NCBI GenBank assembly: GCA_010093995.1
Contig: ML992501.1
Location: forward strand, 2,421,320-2,485,319
Reading direction: 5' to 3'
Origin: Elsinoe ampelina
Taxonomy: Eukaryota
Length of the DNA stretch: 64,000 nt
A program made the position numbers and the translations under genes. Each line of letters opens with the position of its first letter. Position 1 is the stretch's first letter. The notes beneath the pieces were generated by a model. The model searched no databases, was not told the DNA's origin, and saw only the letters and a program-made list of their open reading frames with translations. Of the stretch, positions 13,330 to 24,207 are shown one piece after another.

Positions 13330-14199
13330 CCTAAGCGATAGACCTATAATAATTAGATAGTACATAGATTATAACTAAGTACTAACTCTAGTTTATACTA
13401 ATAGTAAGTATTCTTCTAGCCTCTAGAAAGTACCTATTATCTAATTACTCTCTTACTATTAATTAACTCTCGATCTAGAATTAAACTATAAGGTAGAGAG
13501 GCACCTAAGTAGTTAGTAATTATATAATATCTATTTAAAGTATAGACTTATAATAGAAAGGATACTAATAAGTAATATATCTTCTAAACTATAAAGTAAT
13601 TAGATTTATTAGGATAAGAGTTCTATAATATACTACTAGCTACTTCTAAAAAGCTAAGCTATATATAATAGAACTCTTCTTATCCTTATCTATAACAATA
13701 TTATAAATACTAGTATTTGCTCTTAATAAATAGAGTAGAGAGTTTAGAGGAGCTAGCTAGTTTTAGATTAGTAGGTAACTAGACATTAAACATACTCTAA
13801 GTAAGTAGTATTTAGAAATATTTATCCTTAGAGTTAATCTCTAGAGAAGAAAGTCTCTAGGTTAAGTTTAGATAGTAAATAGGGCCTAATAGAGTAAGAA
13901 CTATTCTAAGTATATACTCTAAATATACTATAATAATAGCTAGAAGGTAAAGGGTTTAGTTAAGTAGTATTTATAATTAGAAGAGTAATAAAAAACAAAA
14001 GAAAGAGAAAAGAAAGAAAGAAGAAAGAGAGAATATTTTAAAAAGAAAAGTAGAAAGAGTAGAGTATAATAACTAACTATTAAAGGAACACTAAGTATAT
14101 ATACTTAGAATAAAGGCTAAATAGATTTTAAATTATAAACGGAAAACTTTATAAGTTTATTTTCTTATAGAGTTTCTATTTTAAAATTAATAAGCTACT

Positions 14200-15660
14200 A
14201 TTTAAGAATAATATATAAAAAATATATACTTAATTAGCTTATATACTTTAAAGGTACTTTAAGCTTAGCTATTAAGCTACTATATAATATAAGTATATAC
14301 TAAGTATATACCTTATTAGGCTTCTACTTTTTAAAAGCCTTTAGTCTAACTATTAAGCTACTATATAATAGTAGTATATACTTAATATATACTCTATTAG
14401 CCTTCTACTCTATAGAAGCCTTTTTAGCTTAACTATTAAGCTACTATATAATAGAAGTATATACTAAGTATATACTCTATTAGCCTTCTACTCTTTAAAA
14501 GCCTTTTTAGCTTAACTATTAGCCTACTATATAATAGAAGTATTCTACTCTTTAGAAGCCTTTTTAGCCTAGCTATTAAGCTACTATATAATAAAAGTAT
14601 ATACTAAGTATATACTTTATTTACTTTTTCCTCTTTAAAAGCCTTTTTAGCTTAATAATTAAGCTACTATATAAGTAATATAAGATAGATATAAACTAGA
14701 TTTAGTTAGGGTCTAGTTTAGATTAGTTATATAATCTTAGTATTATAAACTAGACTTCTAGCTACTCTACTCTTAATATTATATATACTTTATATACTAA
14801 CTTTCTTCTTCTTCTTCTAAGTCTTAATATTTTAATAAATAGATATAATTAACTTCTTATCTTACTAGTTATAATTAATAAGAGAAATATATATTAAATA
14901 TATTTTTTCTTAGCCTCTTAATCTTTAAAAGCCTTTTTAGTTTAACTATTAAGCTTTTATATAATAAAAATATATAATTAATATATACTTTATTAGCTTA
15001 CTACTCTTTAAAAGCCTTTTTGTCTAATAATTAAGCTACTATATTATAATAGTATATATTAAATATATACTTTATTAGCTCTCTATTCTTTAGTAGCTTC
15101 TTTAGTAACTATTAAGCTACTATTTTATACTAGTATATAAGAAATATATACTTTTTTAGCTTTTTACTCTTTTAAAGACTTTTAAGCTTAGCTATTTAAT
15201 ATAAAATAAATATAAACTAGATTTAGTTAAGAGTTAGTTTAGATTAGTTATATAATTTTAGTATTATACTTTAGACTTTTAGCTATTTTACTTTTAATAT
15301 TATATATTAGTTTTTTTCTTCTTCTTCTTCTTTAAAGTTTTAATATTTTAATAAATAAATATAATTAACTTCTTATTTTATTATTTATAATTACTATTAA
15401 GCTACCCTATTATAATAATATATACTTTATTAATTTTTTATTCTTTGTAAAGTCTTTAAGCTTAGCTATTAAGCTATTATATAATAATAAGATATATTAA
15501 ATATATACTTTATTAACTTTCTATTCTTTAAAAGTTTTCTAAGCTTAACTACTAAGCTACTATATACTAGTATTAGCTATAAGCTTAATAGCTAAGCTTA
15601 AAGAACTTTTAAAAGGTAATAAGCTAATAAAATATATATTTAATATATATTATTATTATA
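14200..15660. repeat. Degenerate ~83-bp tandem array inside the MULE, with a higher-order duplication and a terminal inverted unit
   Basis: CTATTAAGCTAC-type core at 14269, 14350, 14433, 14516, 14573 and onward. Block ~14690-14870 recurs at ~15210-15390. Reverse-complement unit at ~15580-15660. Confidence 0.85.
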
Positions 15661-17575
15661 TATTATAGTAGTTCTTTTTAGTTATTTATACTCTAAATAA
15701 GAAACATAATATAAAGTAAAAAGGTTTTATAAGATAATAAGATTAAGTAGGTAAAGAGTTTATTTACTATCTACTCTACTATTGTTCTTACTTCTACTTT
15801 ACTACTAATAGGCTATACTATTAGTCTATTCTCTGTCTATCCTTACTATAGACTTTGCCTAGCTATACTATGTCCTTTCTATGTCTTAACCTTAGAGGGC
15901 GTCTATAAACTATATAAGTAAGCATTAAAAACAATTTAGAATAAATATATACTATAGTAATAAGAAGTATAAGTAGGAGTAGAAGCTTCTCCTAGACTAC
16001 TACTAGTTCTAGGAGTAGAAGAAGAAGAAGTAACAAAGCAAGTCTAAGTAGTATTAGTCTATTCTATATATAGTTATTATATAGTAAATATCTCTTATAC
16101 GATAAGAAGAAGTAGTAGTAGGAGATATACTCTATCTAGTCTATAAGTAGAGTTAGTATATCTATATAATAAACAATCTATAAATGTTTAATATATATAG
16201 AATAGTAGAACTAGTAACTATAAGTATTATAAAACTAAATATTATTTGTACTTTAAATAGTATTAATACTAAGGGAATCTATATAGAAAAGACATTTAAA
16301 CTAAGTATATACGCGATAGTCTCTAGATTATTTATATACTAGATAATATAAGGTCTAGGGAAGCTATATAGACTTAGCGCAAACTCTAAATAGTTAGTAA
16401 TTAGACAAGAACTTACTTAGGTTTATACTAAAAGTTTATATTATACTATTCCTAACTATGTATATAACGCTTAAGAGCTCTATAATAATTAGATAAAGTA
16501 TATTTAATAAATAGACTCTAGATATACAGGATAGCAGTAATAGACTTATTAGAATAAATCCTGCCTAGCTTAGAGTTATTAACTATAATATATAGTTAGT
16601 CTAGATTTTATATAGATAGAGTATACTTATAAGTCTTACTATACTTAGTACGTAAATAACAATAGAACTATAACTAATTAGTAAGAATCTAGATACGTTT
16701 AAGAAATTAAATAACTTCTATAGAAGAAATAAAGGATTTACTACACTATATATTCTCTCTAGTACCTATATAGAGAGGATAGCTATTATACTATTAGTAT
16801 AGATTCTATATAGTTAATATCTAGATTATTAATCTTACATATATAGAGCTATTTTACTTAAGTTATATATATTATTAGTTTATTCTCTATCCCTAGGAGC
16901 TTCTTCCTCTAGATTTGTATAAGTTAAAATTATAAATAGATAAGGTCTAATATACTCTTATACTATTTTATAGAAATAGTAGAAGTACCTTTATTATTAG
17001 TTAAGACAATAACTAGGCAAAGAATAGACTTACTAAAGCTACTACTTAGAGGGTTCTAATAAACTAAAGAATATAAATAGAAGTTCTAAATGTATAAACT
17101 TTAAAGTCTTACTAGGTGTAACTTAAGTAGAATTAGAATTATTAATAGAACCTAAGTAGTATTAATTTATAGCTAGTATATACTTACATTAATTGTAGTA
17201 TATACTAATAATGTATATAGAAAGCTAATTTAGTCCCTTAGTCTACTAGATAGAAGCTCTAGTATTATTAATATTATAACTTTTATAGTTTCTACGTAAT
17301 TTAGCAATGTTTACTATAGGGTTTAAATTAGGTATAGCTATAATATAGATAAAGAGTATATAGAGAATAGACTATAATAAGACATAAAGATTATAATTAA
17401 ATTAAGTATATACTTAATTGTTATATTATTAAGGAAGGAATTAGAAAAGCAAGAGTCGAGAGATGTTTAAAGTATAGACTCGGTATAAACAAAAAACGCA
17501 TTATGGAATGCAGGGTCAGCCGCTACCCTGTGATTGGCTGAATTTTAAATTACAGAATGACTGGCAGTGCCGAGA

Positions 17576-17620
17576 CTAGTCAGGCTCAGCCCCAGCGCCA
17601 GTCAGCCCCAGCTACAATTC
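17576..17620 (-). repeat. Right terminal inverted repeat
   Basis: Reverse complement of 2326-2370; immediately followed by the TSD copy. Confidence 0.9.
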
Positions 17621-17695
17621 GAAGCTCTTCCAACCAAACGGAATGAAGCTCAAGAGCGTGCCAGCGCGACAAAAAATTGCTTATGTAAGCACTTT

Positions 17696-17713
17696 ACGCG
17701 TGCCTCGACGCGT
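17696..17713. promoter_or_regulatory. Paired MCB (MluI cell-cycle) boxes upstream of DPB2
   Basis: ACGCGT at 17696-17701 and 17708-17713, 70-90 bp before the ATG of a replication gene. Confidence 0.7.
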
Positions 17714-17785
17714 CTCCCCAGTCTTGTCAATCAAAGGTTCTATATACCAGTGCACCAATCCTTCAGTCTACACTCAACACAACCT

Positions 17786-20098
17786 ATGGCGGCTACAGCA
17801 AGGATCGCAGACAATGCTCTGCCCTCTTCGTCGCCTGCATTTGGAACACCAGTCCATCCATTCAATCCTGGTCGACCTATAGCACAGCCCGCGTTCAAGC
17901 CATCGATCCCCACAATTATACAGATACTATTGCCGCCAGCCTCATTACGACCTCTCGCGTTTCGCACATTCACCAAGAAGCACAATCTGACACTTGGATC
18001 ATCGGCATTACAAGCACTCGCAACTTTCGTAGGACGACATTGCGGCTCTGGATGGCGAGAGGACGGGACGGCCGAGAAAGTGCTGGAGGAAATTGCTCAG
18101 CAATGGAAGCGAAATTCTGGCCCGGTGATCGTGGAGGACTCACAGCTACTCAAGGAGCTACTGAAGACGCTTGAAGGATGCATGGTCTCTGGTCGCATTG
18201 ATCCCGCAAAGTCGACGCTGTCACGGCAGTCTTCCGTCTTCGATCCCAATTGCTCGGCTGTTCCGCCACCTCTCACACATCAAACCTCCTTCGGCCTCTC
18301 CAAGCTTGAGGTAGACGATGAAAGCGAGGCTATAGCTCGGGATCCTCGAACATGGCTCAGCGTGCTTCCTCCAGGCCAACACCCACGCTTCACCTTCTCC
18401 GCTCAGAAGTCCCACTTCCTACCGATCAACACCAAGCCTTCCCTCCTTCCACCTCCTTCGGCGCGAACCAATTCTCTTCTCTCCCGATACCATATCATAC
18501 ATGCTCTCACCCTTCGCAACCCAGCTTTCCAGGCACCCACAGTATCAACAACGCGCCACTTGTCACGCTCCGCTTCTTCCCTCACTCCGAGCCAGACATA
18601 TCGTCTCACCCCAATCGCAAATCTGCTCGGACGCACTGGCACCACACATCTACTGCTCGGCATGCTGTCAGTCTCGCCAGCTGGCTCACTTCTCCTCCAA
18701 GATCCTACAGGCGCCATCGCACTTGACCTTGCACACGCCCGGCCACTCGGCGCGACCTTTGCCACCGCTCCATGGATCTACCCAGGGGCTATTGTGCTTC
18801 TCGAAGGTGTCTATCAAGAGGACTTCTCTGGCGCAGGCTCGAGCGGTCTTGGTGGTGGCAGTGGCGTGGGCGGCACGATAGGTGGCAAGTTCATCGGGTT
18901 CAGCATCGGAGTGCCACCAGTCGAGCGTCGTAATTCTGCATTAGGTGTCGTTGACGACAGCGTCAAGACCGAAAAGGGGGAAGAGTCAATAGGCGGGGGA
19001 TTCGGTTGGACGAGCTTCCTTCCTGCTGGTAGCGAGAAGGCAACTGGCGCTAGGATGAGACGGATCGAACGAGGAGTGATGGGACGCCTGGCGCCAGAGC
19101 GGAGAAAGGTAGTGCTGCTGGGTGAAGTCAATTGCGATGTCCCTGAGTGTTTAGAAGGCCTGAAGCGGGTTCTCAACCACTACTCACGCGAAAAGGACGA
19201 GGACAAACTCCCGCTTGCCTTTGTCCTAATCGGAAGCTTCGTCTCCTCAGCGGCCATGTGCGAGGGCAAAGCCGGCGGCAGCATCGAGTACAAAGAAGGC
19301 TACAACGCCCTCGCAGCCGTACTGGCTGACTTTCCCGCCCTCCTCCGAGCAAGCAAATGGCTCTTCGTGCCCGGCGACAACGACGCCTGGCCCTCTGCTT
19401 TCGGAATGGGCAGCAGCGTCGCTTTACCGCAGGACGGCGTCCCCGAAGTCTTCACCAGCCGGATAAAGCGTGTCTTCCGCGAAGCACGAAGCGAGGGACC
19501 CAAAAAAGACGGCGTCGAGGAAGAATGGTGCAGCAACCCAGCCCGCGTCACGCTCTTCGGCACCGCTCACGAAATGGTCGTTCTCCGCGACGACATCTCC
19601 GGGCGGATGCGAAGATCAGCCATCAACTACGGCCGGGAAGCCAAGGAGGAAGACCGTGCCTCTCAAGACGACACCGCGGCGGCGACAGAAGACGTAGTCA
19701 TGAGCGGCGCTCTGGACGCAGACGACAGCCAACCGAATAACGACTCCACCCCTGCCCCAGCCGCTCAACCAGATGAAGTCGACCCCACCACTGCCTTTGC
19801 TCGGAAACTCGTCCTGTCCATGCTTCCTCAGGGGCATCTTTCCCCTTTCCCCTTGGCCACGAGACCGGTACATTGGGCCTACAACACCGGTGCGGGGCCA
19901 ATGTCGCTTTACCCCTTGCCACACACGCTGGTGTTGGCAGACGCAGAGGCGCCGGCGTTTGCGGTCACGTATGAAGGGTGTCATGTGGTGAATCCGGGAC
20001 GGCTGGTCAAGGGGGAGGGGAGTAGGAAGAAGAAGGTGGGATGGGTGGAGTATGATGCTGTGAGTAAGAGGGGGGAGGTGAGGGAGATGTGGATATGA
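17786..20098 (+). CDS. DPB2: DNA polymerase epsilon subunit B
   Basis: LRPLAFRTFTKKHNLTL, TPIANLLGR, FVPGDND.W and LYPLPH.LVLAD motifs. Likely start MAATAR at 17786; the ORF track's upstream extension runs into the TIR. Confidence 0.93.
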   Translation: MAATARIADNALPSSSPAFGTPVHPFNPGRPIAQPAFKPSIPTIIQILLPPASLRPLAFRTFTKKHNLTLGSSALQALATFVGRHCGSGWREDGTAEKVLEEIAQQWKRNSGPVIVEDSQLLKELLKTLEGCMVSGRIDPAKSTLSRQSSVFDPNCSAVPPPLTHQTSFGLSKLEVDDESEAIARDPRTWLSVLPPGQHPRFTFSAQKSHFLPINTKPSLLPPPSARTNSLLSRYHIIHALTLRNPAFQAPTVSTTRHLSRSASSLTPSQTYRLTPIANLLGRTGTTHLLLGMLSVSPAGSLLLQDPTGAIALDLAHARPLGATFATAPWIYPGAIVLLEGVYQEDFSGAGSSGLGGGSGVGGTIGGKFIGFSIGVPPVERRNSALGVVDDSVKTEKGEESIGGGFGWTSFLPAGSEKATGARMRRIERGVMGRLAPERRKVVLLGEVNCDVPECLEGLKRVLNHYSREKDEDKLPLAFVLIGSFVSSAAMCEGKAGGSIEYKEGYNALAAVLADFPALLRASKWLFVPGDNDAWPSAFGMGSSVALPQDGVPEVFTSRIKRVFREARSEGPKKDGVEEEWCSNPARVTLFGTAHEMVVLRDDISGRMRRSAINYGREAKEEDRASQDDTAAATEDVVMSGALDADDSQPNNDSTPAPAAQPDEVDPTTAFARKLVLSMLPQGHLSPFPLATRPVHWAYNTGAGPMSLYPLPHTLVLADAEAPAFAVTYEGCHVVNPGRLVKGEGSRKKKVGWVEYDAVSKRGEVREMWI

Positions 20099-20284
20099 TG
20101 ATATACTGCGGGGTTGCATGCGGGTGGCGTTGTGCGGGTAGGTGCATGGCGTCGGAAATGTTACAGAAGACTTGAGAAGGAAGGATTGGGGATGAAACTT
20201 TGTTCATGATACTGTATCATATTACCATGCATGCGATGATGCTCCCCATCCACCTCTGAGACTTCCTCGACTCATACTCGACAC

Positions 20285-21382
20285 CTACGCCTGCCCCCCC
20301 GGCACCTCATAAGGCCCATACCCCGGCCTCGGAAACCTCGGCGTCCCATCCTCATTCCACCCAAACCTCTGCACCCTAATATCCCTCTCACTCCACCCAT
20401 TCCTATAACTCCTCATCCCATGATACACCACCCAATCCTCTTCCCCGTCTAAACTCTTCACGAAACTCGCATGGCCCACCCCGTACGCACTCTCCCTCTT
20501 ATTCTGGTAAAACACACACCCATCGTTCTTCTTCACCCAATCCTGCGCGTTCATCGGGTCCTCCCCCACCAGCTCCAGCTGCGCGAGGCAGTAGTTCGGG
20601 TTATCGCTGCGTGCGGCCGAGTAGACGACGAACTCGCGGCCGGTGGGGCCGGTGAGTTGCTGGGGCCCTTCGTTGGAGGAGAGACGGTCTGAATTCAGCG
20701 TGTCGGGGCGGCCGTAGGGGGTTTTCTCCCACGGGTTGGTCGGGACGGAGATGATGGTTCGTTCGGTGAAATCGGACTCGACCGTCCAGGGGTTGGTGAG
20801 TTTGGTGATGCAGAGGTTGGCGGGCCAGCCGTCGAAGCCCCGGTGCCAGCACGAGTAGATGTGGTAGAGCCCCGTGGTGTGGCGGAAGTAGGTCCCGTCG
20901 ATGGCGAATTGGTCGTATGTGTCGAGTTGGGATTTGAGAGTGTAGTTGGACGTCCACGGGTCTGGGCCAGAGGATTCGAGGACGAACATGCGGTGGTTGA
21001 CGGCCGGGCAGTCGAAGTTGCAGAACATGGAGGTGGTCGGGGGTGGTTGGTCGTTGTTGGGGTCGCCGGTGAAGATGAAGTACCAGCGGTCATTGAATTG
21101 GTGGATCTCCGGGGCCCAGAGGTTGGTGCTGTAGTTTGTGCCCGGGGGAGGGTCGAAGACGAGTTTGGTTTCGGCAGAGTTCCAGTCGGTGAGGGAGGAG
21201 CTTCGGAGCAGGGTGATGTTGGTCGAGGTGGTGTAGGTCATGAGATATTGGCCATTGTATTGGATGGCGAATGGATCTGCACCTCCTCTGTTCAGGACTG
21301 GGTTTGTATATGTGCTCGCGTTTTGACCCAATGCTACAGTGGCAAGGCCTGCCAGACCTGTCAAGACACGTGATATCCTCAT
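20285..21382 (-). CDS. Secreted GH43 glycoside hydrolase (alpha-L-arabinofuranosidase-like)
   Basis: Signal peptide MRISRVLTGLAGLATVALG; ADP, WAPEIH, AIDG, NEGP and GVGHASF motifs. Confidence 0.92.
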   Translation of the reverse strand: MRISRVLTGLAGLATVALGQNASTYTNPVLNRGGADPFAIQYNGQYLMTYTTSTNITLLRSSSLTDWNSAETKLVFDPPPGTNYSTNLWAPEIHQFNDRWYFIFTGDPNNDQPPPTTSMFCNFDCPAVNHRMFVLESSGPDPWTSNYTLKSQLDTYDQFAIDGTYFRHTTGLYHIYSCWHRGFDGWPANLCITKLTNPWTVESDFTERTIISVPTNPWEKTPYGRPDTLNSDRLSSNEGPQQLTGPTGREFVVYSAARSDNPNYCLAQLELVGEDPMNAQDWVKKNDGCVFYQNKRESAYGVGHASFVKSLDGEEDWVVYHGMRSYRNGWSERDIRVQRFGWNEDGTPRFPRPGYGPYEVPGGQA

Positions 21383-21867
21383 GTTTACAGGGGGAGGTGT
21401 TTCTTGAGACAAAGGAGGTCCGAGGATAATCTGACGAAGGTAACCAAGTAGCTTTGTACTGTCAAAGGAGTCCAGCATGGTCTCACGCGCTAAGCATATT
21501 TGAGCGCCGCTATATTGCTTGAAAGAGGGGATGCTGCATCATGATGGCACAGGTGGTGATGATCCTTGCGGAAATGACAAGACCCGACTGCATTTTGATG
21601 GCGGGGAAGTGAAGATCTGCACGACCTGTATCCATGGTCACCCGTGTCTGTAAACAAGGCACGATGCGACGTCAAATGCATGATTGGATCTCACGAGGCA
21701 TAGACAGGCTCTTGAGTAGTCGGGCTTCGACCTTGTTTGAATGATATACATATGGTCGAGTTGAGAATGCTTTAATAATAATGAGAGGGCCACCCCACCC
21801 CCACCGGAGTAATAATAAGCCAGCCATCTGCCATTCTGCTATTCTCTACAATTCATACCTCCTTCAT

Positions 21868-22179
21868 TCATCCTTGAGCAACAACCTCTCCTACCACGAT
21901 GGTAGGTTCGACAGGACTGAAATTTGCCAGATCTGCCATCAACTCCTTCCCAGCATCACCCCCGATTGCCGCCTCCCACTTCTCCTTGCTTTCGAAGAAC
22001 ATGGTCGAAATAATATAAACGCCAGTCGCTGGATCGAGCTTGGTGACATAATAGTCTAGAAGACCATGATCGCGGAAGGCTGCCCTGGACTTCTCGCCGT
22101 GTTCGTTGATATAGTAGTCGAGGTTGAATTTGTCGGCCACTGAGGCAGGGTATGAGACTTGTATGAAGATCTTGGTCAT
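21868..22179 (-). CDS. EthD-like dimeric alpha/beta-barrel protein
   Basis: V.YP.....FNLDYY...H ... LMADLANFS...P pattern, 103 aa. Confidence 0.8.
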   Translation of the reverse strand: MTKIFIQVSYPASVADKFNLDYYINEHGEKSRAAFRDHGLLDYYVTKLDPATGVYIISTMFFESKEKWEAAIGGDAGKELMADLANFSPVEPTIVVGEVVAQG

Positions 22180-22400
22180 TGTGGCTTGCTTGGTTCAAGT
22201 GGATGATGTTGATTGCAATTCAGTCGAGGTGAGGCACGAATGTGGTTTATATTGACAAGTAACACTGATCAGGCCTCCTATTGATACCAAATCAACCCTG
22301 AGGAATTCCGAGCTCTGATTAAATGACGGCCTTATTTGCTGATGACTTGCTAGTGCTGACCCAACATCGGAGCTCTCCTCTACTGGTTCATCGCCATGAA

Positions 22401-22751
22401 TCAATGCTCCCGCACCACCACTCCGGAAACCACCGTAGGTGTCGCAGGGCTGAAGTTGGCCACGTCCGCGAATAGTGCTTGTCCTTCCGGACTGTCGATT
22501 GCTTTCCGGAATCTTTTCTCGTCGCTGAAGATGAACGTCGCAACAACCAGAAAATCTGTTGTGGGATCGGCTCTGGTGATCAAGGTCTGGATCAGACTTG
22601 CAGGCTTGAAAACATCGTTTGTCTTCTGGAGGTGGACATTAAAGAAGTAGTCAAAGTTGAAATTACCCTCTGCTGAACGAGGATGGAGGAGCTGGAAAAC
22701 GTAGTCGTCACGTGACTTGGTCGTCCAGTGAGAGGCATCGTGGGTTGGCAT
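22401..22751 (-). CDS. Second EthD-like protein (tandem paralog)
   Basis: FNFDYFFNVH ... LFADVANFS...PT.V.G.V, similar to the neighbour. Confidence 0.7.
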   Translation of the reverse strand: MPTHDASHWTTKSRDDYVFQLLHPRSAEGNFNFDYFFNVHLQKTNDVFKPASLIQTLITRADPTTDFLVVATFIFSDEKRFRKAIDSPEGQALFADVANFSPATPTVVSGVVVREH

Positions 22752-23035
22752 TGCGATAAAGGGTATGACGGAATCAAGGTCGAGTCATTATCGTTCCATT
22801 ACGTTCCATTCCGTGCTACTTATACCAATTCCTCATTATTGTCGTCCGTATGCCCGCTGACTGCTTGAATATCCGAGATGCTGACATGATGTGGTAGCGC
22901 TGACCAGCCTTGCCACGCCGCAGCGAGTATACCATCATAATCCAAACAAGCTGAAAGAACAAGCCGCAAACACCCATCCATGCATAGCCGAAAAGGAGAC
23001 CCTCGCCATCCTGACACCCCCCCTGCTCGTCCTTT

Positions 23036-23756
23036 TCACCCCTTGTGCAACACCAACCAAACCGGTCCCAGTTCCTTCCCCCTCCTCTCATTCCACCCAA
23101 AACTCCCCATCGTCCCCTTGGCCTTGTCATCACCCAGCTTGATATTGGTTCCCTACAATCCAATCAGCGCAAGTCCTCTCACCCCTCTCCCGGCCCCTCA
23201 CGACAGATGAACAGAAACATACCTTGCTCCACTCCCCATCCCCCAACTCCTCCACCTCGGTAACCTCCCACTCCCCCACCTTCTCTTCCTCCCCCAACAC
23301 CGCCTCCCCAAACTCCACCACCGACAACACAACCGGCACCCGATGGATCTTAAACCCCCAGTCCTTCTTCCCGTCCCCGTCCTCCCACACCTTCGTCTCG
23401 CGGATCAAGTGCACGTACGTGTTGTTCCTGGGGTAGATGAAGGTCGCGCCCGCTTTCAAGGAGGGAGGGGCGGAGATTTTGGCTTTTTTGGCGGGAGGAG
23501 GGCCCGCGGGTTTGGTTTCCTTGGGGGCGGCGGGCGGGGCGGGTGCCTCGAGGGGCTTGGGGCCGGTGGGTTTGCGGATGACGATGGGTGGGGGTGGGAT
23601 TAGTTGGAGTTGGTTGGAGGGGTAGCATGAGTAGGACTCTGGATTGGCGGTGGGGTAGCAGGAGTAGGCTTCGTAGGCGTTGGTTGGGGTGAAGCGGACT
23701 GATTTGATGGGTTGGGGTGGGGGGAGGATGGCGGTGGGGTAGCAGGCTTGACACAT
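23036..23756 (-). CDS. Hypothetical fungal protein with Pro-rich N-terminus and compact C-terminal domain
   Basis: ATG at 23756 (MCQACYP). Intron 23153-23222 (GTATGT..CTGAT..TAG) joins ..GDGEWSK to GTNIKLG..GW...PVWLVLHKG*. TATA-like element at ~23883. Confidence 0.75.
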
Positions 23757-24207
23757 GGTTGTGGTGGTGGTGTTGTGTTGTTGTTTGTGTCTGAGATTGG
23801 TTTGTGTTGGACGATAGCGACGGAGAGCTGGCAATGTGGGTGGAAGAGGAGGGGAGAGGACAGGCAGGGAGGGAGGAGTCCTTTATACCCTGGACGAGGG
23901 CGGCGTGATCTTCTGGCGGAGGGCATGTGGGTGTCTGAATTGTCTTGGAGGAAGTACATGTGAAGGTCTTGGTTCAGATACGCTCCCCACAGCTGGTTGG
24001 ACAGACACAGGACACGCCGGGTAGTGGTGACACGACAGCGTCCCTCGCACAAGGACGATTCCGCATGCTTCAAAATCCCTGGACCATCGACTCGCACGAG
24101 CTCGCTCAGCAGAATTGTGTGATTACCATGTTCGACCAGTATGCCGCACATGCTTCGCTGTCTACATCCCTACCCATGCTATCCAGGCACGGAATGGGTC
24201 CGCCCCC

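Larger units (their letters stand above)
2326..17620 (+). mobile_element. RIP-inactivated Mutator-like (MULE) DNA transposon, about 8.3 kb of own sequence plus a nested 7-kb Gypsy
   Basis: Direct repeat GAAGCTCTTCC at 2315-2325 and 17621-17631. Imperfect TIRs at 2326-2370 and 17576-17620 (37/45 by hand). Interior is extremely AT/TpA-rich and contains a DDE transposase relic. Confidence 0.85.

Noticed and set aside
14200..15660. CRISPR-like repeat-spacer array
   Set aside because: Eukaryotic context; whole units repeat, with no unique spacers or cas genes.
2326..17620. Starship/Crypton element or centromere as the identity of the AT-rich block
   Set aside because: TIRs, an 11-bp TSD and DDE/CxxH motifs point to a Mutator-like element. 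No tyrosine-recombinase relic was recognised, and the block is fully explained by two nested elements.
17567..17785. 73-aa N-terminal extension of DPB2 in the ORF track
   Set aside because: It starts at a GTG inside the transposon end and runs through the TIR, TSD and MCB boxes.
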